Assembly: GCA_000004985.1 (NCBI GenBank) | Contig: GG738862.1 | DNA: 64,000 bases | Reading direction: 5' to 3' (one strand) | Source of the DNA: Naegleria gruberi | Lineage: Eukaryota | In this document: positions 58,496 to 64,000 of the stretch, piece by piece | How the letters are laid out: every line of letters starts with the position of its first letter | Numbering within the stretch: position 1 is the first letter of the stretch | Notes under the pieces: generated by a model | What the model was told of the DNA's origin: nothing | What the model saw: the letters and a program-made list of their open reading frames with translations, nothing else | The model's database searches: none | Position numbers and translations under genes: made by a program

Positions 58496-59052
58496 GGAAT
58501 GTTTTAAGGGTTGGTCACTGAAAAAGTCAAAGATAAAGTGTAATACAAAACAACAAAAACAGACGGACACACTCATTAATTGCTCATATATACTCGTGAG
58601 CAATGTCTTACAAGCCTTAATGAATGGGTAGTAGGTATAAATTAAATATCTTTCTCTCTTGAGTACATTATTGCATTGACAGTTTTCTTACTTGTCCAAT
58701 GGAGCAGTGATGATGAATTTAGCATTATATTGGATGGAAAACAATGATGATGGTTTTGGTGAACTATCGGATGATGGAACACCAACTTGTGATTTTCCAT
58801 CATGAAAAATAAATTCCATAATTTCATGATGAAGAGAATAAAGGTTCAATTATTCATTGACTACTCAACTCTGTTACAAAACTTGATTGATTTGAGAGAT
58901 TGTAATTAAAGCTCTCAAATATGGACATTCAAATGATTAAACATGGAACACAACCATCACTTTTCATTAAAATTTTGTGGTCAATTAGTGAACGACATGA
59001 AAGAAAAAAAATAACAGAGCTTCAGTTGAACTCTCCAAGAGGATTTTACACA

Positions 59053-62000
59053 ATGACTGCTGGCTCCTCCTCTCTATTGTCGTTCCTATTTCTATTTGTG
59101 ATTTGCTGTTCTCTAATTCACCAATTGAGTGCACTTTCTTTTAACAATATTTCAACAATTGTTGGAGGAGGAAGTTTTATTGGTGATGGGTTGATTTCAA
59201 CCAATGCCTTGCTGAACTATCCATCTGGTATGGCCATGTATAATGGTGATTTATTAATTGCCGATTCGTTTAATCACAGAATTCGAAAGGTTTCGTTTTC
59301 AAGTAGTGGCGTTATTTCAACAATTGCTGGTATTGGTTCTTCATCATTTAGTGGTGATGGCGGTTTGGCAATTAATGCAGAGTTGAATTTTCCAAGTGGT
59401 GTTGCTGTTCATTCTAATGGTGATGTCTATATTGCAGATAAGTCTAATCATGTTATTAGAAAGGTTTCGGCTCTCAATGGAAAGATCACAACAATTGCTG
59501 GAATTGCAGGTGAAACTGAATTGAACAAGTACAGTAACTCATTAGCAACAAATACCACACTGAATTCTCCACAATATCTTGCCGTCAATTCTTCAACTGC
59601 AGAAGTCATCATTTCAGATACAAATAACAATGTTATTCGAAAGGTCTATCTTAATGGAACTATTGTAACAATTGCTGGAGTTTATGGAAGTTCTGGATAC
59701 TCTGGTGATAATGGCAATGCAGTTTCTGCCAAACTCTTCAATCCAAAGGGAATAATCATCAACTCAATTGGTGAAATTATTTTTGCTGATTCTAGAAATC
59801 ACAGAATTAGAAAGATTTCTACAAATGGAAAGATTACAACAATTGCAGGAACTGGAACTGCAGGATTGAGTGGGGATGGTGGTTTGGCTACAAGTGCCAA
59901 ATTGAATTATCCAAATAGTGTTGCATTGGGTTTGAATAATGAGATTTTGATTGTTGACACTTTGAATCATCGAATTAGAAAACTATTCTCAAATGGAACA
60001 ATTATTTCAATTGCTGGGAATGGAACTACTCAAGGTTTTTCTGGAGATGGTGGTAATGCTTTGAATGCCTTGTTAAATTTACCAAATGATGTTGTAATGA
60101 CATTGAATGGTGAATATTTCATTTCTGATTTTGGTAATCATAGAATTAGAAAGGTTTCCAATAGTGGAATAATTTCAACCATTGTTGGTACTTCAAATTT
60201 TGGAAATATCATTCAAGGAGGAAGTGCTTACGTCCTCCCAACTGGCAATCCAATTATTTATTCCACTAAATATCTTGCATTTGCTGACATGAGAGGAAAA
60301 ATCAGTCAAATTGACTTGACAACAAGGATTGTTTCATCTGTAATTTCAGCTCCTCTTCCTTCTGCAGTTGGTTATAAAAGCAAACTTCATGCCATGTATC
60401 TTGATTCCTTTTTAGGAAGTTTAGCAACCAAGATTACAGTGGTTGCTGGAACAGGAAAATTGGGAGGATATGCTGGAGATGGTGGCTTGGCTACAAGTGC
60501 CAGAATTCAAAAACCAACTTCAGTAGTGTTGAATGATCAAAATCTCTATATTGTTGACACTCTGAATCATAGAATTAGAAAGGTTTCATTGACATTTGGC
60601 AACATTACAACAATTGCTGGAATTGGAACTGCAGGCTTTTCTGGAGATGGTGGTTTGGCTACAAAGGCTAAATTGAATTATCCTACACATATGGCTATCA
60701 GTGCAAGTGGAGAAATTTTCATTTCTGATAATGGAAATCAAAGAATTCGTAAAATTGCGACAAATGGAAAGATTTCAACAATTGCTGGAAATGGAATTGT
60801 TGGATTTAGTGGTGATAATGGATTGGCTACTAAAGCTACTTTCAATTCACGAAATGGTATTGCAGTTGCTTCGAATGGTGATGTGTATGTTGCTGATACT
60901 AGAAATCATCGTATTAGAAAGATTTCAGTTTCGAATGGTTTCATTTCAACATTTGCAGGAAATGGTTCAGTGGCCTATCAAGCTACATTTGGTGGAGATG
61001 GAGGATTGGCTGTTAGTGCCAAGTTAAACCTTCCATACTCTGTTGCAATTAATAATGCAACTAATGAGGTCTATATTACTGATTCTGGTAATCATAGAAT
61101 TCGAAAGGTTTCTACCAGTGGAATTATTTCCACTATTGTAGGAACAGGAAGTGCAGGATTTTCTGGAGATTCTGGGTTAGCCATTAATGCTAAACTCAAT
61201 TTACCATACTCTATTTCAATTAATGCATTGGGAGAACTTTTTATTTCTGATCAACTCAACCAAAGAATTCGTAAGGTTTCCACTACAAATTATATCACAA
61301 CCATTGGTGGAAATGGTGGTATAGGTTTTAACGGTGATGGGTTATCAGCCACAAGCACTCAATTGAAATATCCATTTGGAATTTCAGCTAGCTCCACTGA
61401 GGTTTATTTTGCCGATTCTCTAAATAGTAGAGTTAGAAAGATTTCCAATGGAAAAATTACAACAATTGCTGGAGGAATTGGTGATGGTTTAGCAGCTACA
61501 AGTGCGTATCTCAATTCCAACTCTTTCACAACTACTCCGAGTGGCGAATTCATTATTGCCGATTCAAACAACAATCTTATTCGAAAGATTTCAACAAGTG
61601 GTATAATTTCAACCATTGCTGGAACTGGAGCTGCCACTTTTGGAGGAGACAATGCAAATGCCACCATTGCTAAACTGAATAATCCATTAAATGTTGCAGT
61701 GAGTTCGAGTGGTGAAATCTTCATTGCCGACACCAACAACCATAGAATTCGAAAAATTTTCCTCAATGGCACCATTACAACCATTGCAGGTAATGGAACT
61801 GCAGGATATAGTGGCGATGGATTAGATTCAACCAAATGTCAACTTAACTATCCAAGTGCTGTAGCCGTTAGCTCAGGAGGGGAAATCTTTATTGTTGATA
61901 CACATAATCATAGAATTAGAAAAATTGCAATTGACGGAATAATCTCAACTATTGCAGGTAATGGAATTGCGGGATTTAATGGAGATGGAAAATTACCCAT

Positions 62001-62106
62001 CAATACTCAATTGAATTATCCAACAGGAATTGTGATTGCATCGAGTGGTGAGGCATATATTTCTGAAGAAGGAAATAGGAGAATTAGAAAGATTTATCTT
62101 CAATAA
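59053..62106 (+). CDS. secreted NHL-repeat protein (about 20 tandem NHL/YD-like beta-propeller blades)
   Basis: ORF 58921..62106. Start ATG at 59053 (CACAATGACT) giving signal peptide MTAGSSSLLSFLFLFVICCSLIHQLSA. Repeat unit ...NHRIRKVSxxGxISTIAGxGxxGFSGDGGLATxAKLNYPxGVAxxxxGxIYIADxxN... Confidence 0.7.
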   Translation: MTAGSSSLLSFLFLFVICCSLIHQLSALSFNNISTIVGGGSFIGDGLISTNALLNYPSGMAMYNGDLLIADSFNHRIRKVSFSSSGVISTIAGIGSSSFSGDGGLAINAELNFPSGVAVHSNGDVYIADKSNHVIRKVSALNGKITTIAGIAGETELNKYSNSLATNTTLNSPQYLAVNSSTAEVIISDTNNNVIRKVYLNGTIVTIAGVYGSSGYSGDNGNAVSAKLFNPKGIIINSIGEIIFADSRNHRIRKISTNGKITTIAGTGTAGLSGDGGLATSAKLNYPNSVALGLNNEILIVDTLNHRIRKLFSNGTIISIAGNGTTQGFSGDGGNALNALLNLPNDVVMTLNGEYFISDFGNHRIRKVSNSGIISTIVGTSNFGNIIQGGSAYVLPTGNPIIYSTKYLAFADMRGKISQIDLTTRIVSSVISAPLPSAVGYKSKLHAMYLDSFLGSLATKITVVAGTGKLGGYAGDGGLATSARIQKPTSVVLNDQNLYIVDTLNHRIRKVSLTFGNITTIAGIGTAGFSGDGGLATKAKLNYPTHMAISASGEIFISDNGNQRIRKIATNGKISTIAGNGIVGFSGDNGLATKATFNSRNGIAVASNGDVYVADTRNHRIRKISVSNGFISTFAGNGSVAYQATFGGDGGLAVSAKLNLPYSVAINNATNEVYITDSGNHRIRKVSTSGIISTIVGTGSAGFSGDSGLAINAKLNLPYSISINALGELFISDQLNQRIRKVSTTNYITTIGGNGGIGFNGDGLSATSTQLKYPFGISASSTEVYFADSLNSRVRKISNGKITTIAGGIGDGLAATSAYLNSNSFTTTPSGEFIIADSNNNLIRKISTSGIISTIAGTGAATFGGDNANATIAKLNNPLNVAVSSSGEIFIADTNNHRIRKIFLNGTITTIAGNGTAGYSGDGLDSTKCQLNYPSAVAVSSGGEIFIVDTHNHRIRKIAIDGIISTIAGNGIAGFNGDGKLPINTQLNYPTGIVIASSGEAYISEEGNRRIRKIYLQ
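59130..62090 (+). repeat. intragenic tandem repeats (about 140-150-bp period) encoding NHL blades
   Basis: Recurrent nucleotide strings (ACAATTGCTGGAA..GGTGATGGTGGTTTGGCTAC..CATAGAATTAGAAAGGTTTC) about 20 times. Confidence 0.6.
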
Positions 62107-62162
62107 ACAAGCAAAACAGTTCCCTTACCCGTTCAAAATATGTACCTTAGTAAACGCTCAAT

Positions 62163-62253
62163 GGTGAGATGGTCGAGTGGTCTAAGACGACACGTTAAGG
62201 TATGATTAATACCGTGTTCCGCAAGGGCGTGGGTTCAAATCCCACTCTCATCA
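62163..62253 (+). tRNA. tRNA-Leu (anticodon AAG), class II, with about 11-nt intron after position 37
   Basis: GGTGAGA TG GTC GAGTGGTCTAA GAC G ACACG TTAAGG [TATGATTAATA] C CGTGT TCCGCAAGGGC GTGGG TTCAAAT CCCAC TCTCATC A. Intron at about 62201-62211. Confidence 0.65.
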
Positions 62254-62328
62254 AGTTTTGCCTTATTTTAATTTGTACTACCAATTGTAAAAACAATTTT
62301 CACATATTGAATTTCAATATTGAAGGCT

Positions 62329-63261
62329 TTATTTCAAAATTGTATCTCGAAGTTTCTTAATGGAGTCATCAAGTTGAGTAGAAGATTTTACTGAAGATTT
62401 AATCAAAATCATCAAAGTATCAATAGTAGCCCTAAGAGCAACCCATTTGTTCTCTGCAGAAACAGAAGCACTGGATGTTGCCAAAAATTTGCATTGAGCA
62501 ATAATATCAGAAAGACATTTGGCTGTTTCACTAACTCTAGCTGCCACATGATTAGTTCCATTCTGAAGATTGTTAATTTTGGATAAGGTTGAACCAGATG
62601 GAACAATAGTTCCAATTCCAACACCAGTTGCTGCAATTCCACCTCCAATCAACACAGGTGCTAATGCAGGTGCAATAAAACACGAGATTACTCCTGCTAT
62701 TATTGCAGCTACACCACCTACTACTAGAACACACCCAGTAATTATGCCAACAATTGTCCAAGCACGAGCTTTACCAAATTTCTCTTTTGGTATTTCGTTA
62801 TCTATCTGTTGGGCAATGTCAACACATTCACTGCCCATTGTTCCTAAATCATCCTTGTACTTTTCAAAACTTTTAGCCATTTCATTAAAAGTTGTTTCGT
62901 GTGAAGCGATTTTGTTTGTGAATAATAATGCAGTTTCGTCTGTTTTCGCAAGAACTCTAAAATATTCTAATTCTTTTTTCATCAAATTCAATGTTGTTCG
63001 GAATGTGGTATTCAAATTAGTCAATTTCATACATTCTTCATAGAGTTTGACCTTTAACGATTTATATCTCTCTTTAAGTGTTGGAGAAAATTCTGAAATG
63101 TGTTTGTTAGCTTCCTTTACAAAAATACTCAAGGCATTACATTGTTCACCATATTCCAAGAAGGTTTTCTTTAAATCAACTTGTTTAAAGGATGTTGAGA
63201 GAAAATTGCATCCATCAAGGATGGTCTGGATCATGACAGGGTATGCAAGTGTTTGCCCCAT
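62329..63261 (-). CDS. N-myristoylation-motif (MGQT) coiled-coil protein with Gly/Ala-rich double TM hairpin, unknown function
   Basis: 310-aa ORF. Hydrophobic block WTIVGIITGCVLVVGGVAAIIAGVISCFIAPALAPVLIGGGIAATGVGIG. Confidence 0.45.
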   Translation of the reverse strand: MGQTLAYPVMIQTILDGCNFLSTSFKQVDLKKTFLEYGEQCNALSIFVKEANKHISEFSPTLKERYKSLKVKLYEECMKLTNLNTTFRTTLNLMKKELEYFRVLAKTDETALLFTNKIASHETTFNEMAKSFEKYKDDLGTMGSECVDIAQQIDNEIPKEKFGKARAWTIVGIITGCVLVVGGVAAIIAGVISCFIAPALAPVLIGGGIAATGVGIGTIVPSGSTLSKINNLQNGTNHVAARVSETAKCLSDIIAQCKFLATSSASVSAENKWVALRATIDTLMILIKSSVKSSTQLDDSIKKLRDTILK

Positions 63262-63480
63262 ATTGTGTGTGTAATTCTATTTTTTAGACTGGTCTTGCCC
63301 AGCTTCATGCTGATTGTGAGTTTTCTCTCAACATCCTTTAAACAAGTGCTTTCCAATTTTCATGGCATCAACTATCAGTATAAATTTAAGCTTCAAAGCA
63401 CCAGAAGCGTCATTCTATTGAATTATTGGGAATTAAATTTTCGAATTGGAATGTGACTTGTAGTTACAATGGTATTTTGG

Positions 63481-63505
63481 TACAGTCACGTCTCGAATAA
63501 TGCGG
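63481..63505 (+). repeat. left terminal inverted repeat of MITE
   Basis: 25/25 match to the reverse complement of 63975-63999. Confidence 0.75.
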
Positions 63506-63974
63506 TTTTTATTAATTCGGAGGTCGATTTTCAAAAAAAAATTGCAACAACAAAAATAATTCGGAGTGTTATTCTTCAGCATGCTTCTTCTAAAGCACTT
63601 CATCATCTTCACTACCGTCCTTTGCAAGGCCTAATCCTGTTTGAACCCACTCACAATTGTTCTATCTTCTACTGAAGTTAATGCCATTGATGTCCAGTTA
63701 ATTAGTTGCTGTGTTGAGACTTTTGGGAATGTGTTTACCTTCTTCTTATTGTTGATGATAATTTCTGCTTGCTCATCATACCATTCGGCTTGCAAATCTC
63801 TTAGCTTACATTGGAAGGATCTGTTGAATGACAAGTCACATTTACATTAGCTGCATTCTTTGGGCATCTTTATGGCTGTCAAGATTATCAAAAGTTAGGA
63901 TTTATGCATAAAACATATCAATTCATTACAAAATGGATGCAAATAATTCGGAGTGTTTTAAAAATCGACTGACT

Positions 63975-63999
63975 CCGCATTATTCGAGACGTGACTGTA
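63975..63999 (-). repeat. right terminal inverted repeat of MITE
   Basis: 25/25 match to the reverse complement of 63481-63505. Confidence 0.75.
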
Positions 64000-64000
64000 A

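Larger units (their letters stand above)
63481..63999. mobile_element. MITE-like non-autonomous DNA transposon (about 519 bp) with 25-bp terminal inverted repeats, TA-flanked (Tc1/mariner-like termini CAGT...)
   Basis: Left TIR 63481-63505 TACAGTCACGTCTCGAATAATGCGG. Right TIR 63975-63999 is its exact reverse complement. Internal/subterminal direct repeats AATAATTCGGAGTGTT (about 63563 and 63943). No transposase-sized ORF. The element ends 1 nt before the window edge. Confidence 0.7.

Noticed and set aside
62570-63043. 157-aa + strand ORF rich in Pro/Ala/Ile/Thr
   Set aside because: It is the antisense shadow of the Gly/Ala-rich TM-coding segment of the minus-strand gene 62329..63261 and has no independent start context. 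The same applies to 62412..62648 and 62573..62761.
1-64000. Looked for prokaryotic-type signals (CRISPR arrays, operons, defence islands, Shine-Dalgarno-spaced gene clusters)
   Set aside because: The window is clearly eukaryotic nuclear DNA: it has spliceosomal GT-AG introns, Pol III tRNAs with A/B boxes, and AAAATG start contexts. I found no direct-repeat/spacer arrays and no co-directional operon-like clusters.

Overview
This is a gene-dense, AT-rich, intron-poor eukaryotic nuclear region. Introns are short (about 37-56 nt), mostly GTAAGT...AG, and many proteins have poly-Q/N/S low-complexity tracts, which fits a dictyostelid-like social amoeba (an inference; it is less AT-rich than D. discoideum). 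The ORF track accepts non-ATG starts (TTG/GTG/CTG) and cannot splice, so I re-derived several multi-exon gene models by hand. My intron and tRNA coordinates are approximate (+/-1-2 nt), because my line-based position reading disagreed with the ORF track by 1 nt at 8438 and 8569.

I support about 33 protein-coding genes:
- tandem formate/nitrite transporter (FNT) paralogs, each with 5 exons
- an epsilon-tubulin with 3 exons
- a VPS9-domain Rab-GEF-like gene
- a USP deubiquitinase
- a signal-peptide cystatin whose QVVAG motif is split by an intron
- a CLC chloride channel with 4 exons and an apparent 1-nt frame problem
- a membrane-anchored X-Pro aminopeptidase
- a receptor-like TKL kinase with a beta-helix ectodomain
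- an F-box protein fused to a degenerate Ras/Rab-like pseudo-GTPase
- a membrane RGS protein
- a DUF4116-like repeat protein
- a secreted protein with about 20 NHL repeats
- an HSPA12-like ATPase
- a PI-PLC X-domain protein
- an MJ1316/DUF504-like protein
- a TMEM94-like degenerate P-type-ATPase-like membrane protein

RNA genes and other elements:
- tRNA-Lys(CUU) plus an adjacent tandem duplicate whose anticodon loop is altered (CAU, 2 nt shorter)
- tRNA-His(GUG)
- an intron-containing tRNA-Leu(AAG)
- a 50-N scaffold gap inside a gene
- a roughly 519-bp MITE-like element with 25-bp terminal inverted repeats flanked by TA, at the window's 3' edge

I found no prokaryotic-style defence or CRISPR system. 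The more interesting signals are the MITE, the variant tRNA pair, the pseudo-GTPase/F-box fusion, the FNT tandem duplication, the CLC frame anomaly and the epsilon-tubulin.
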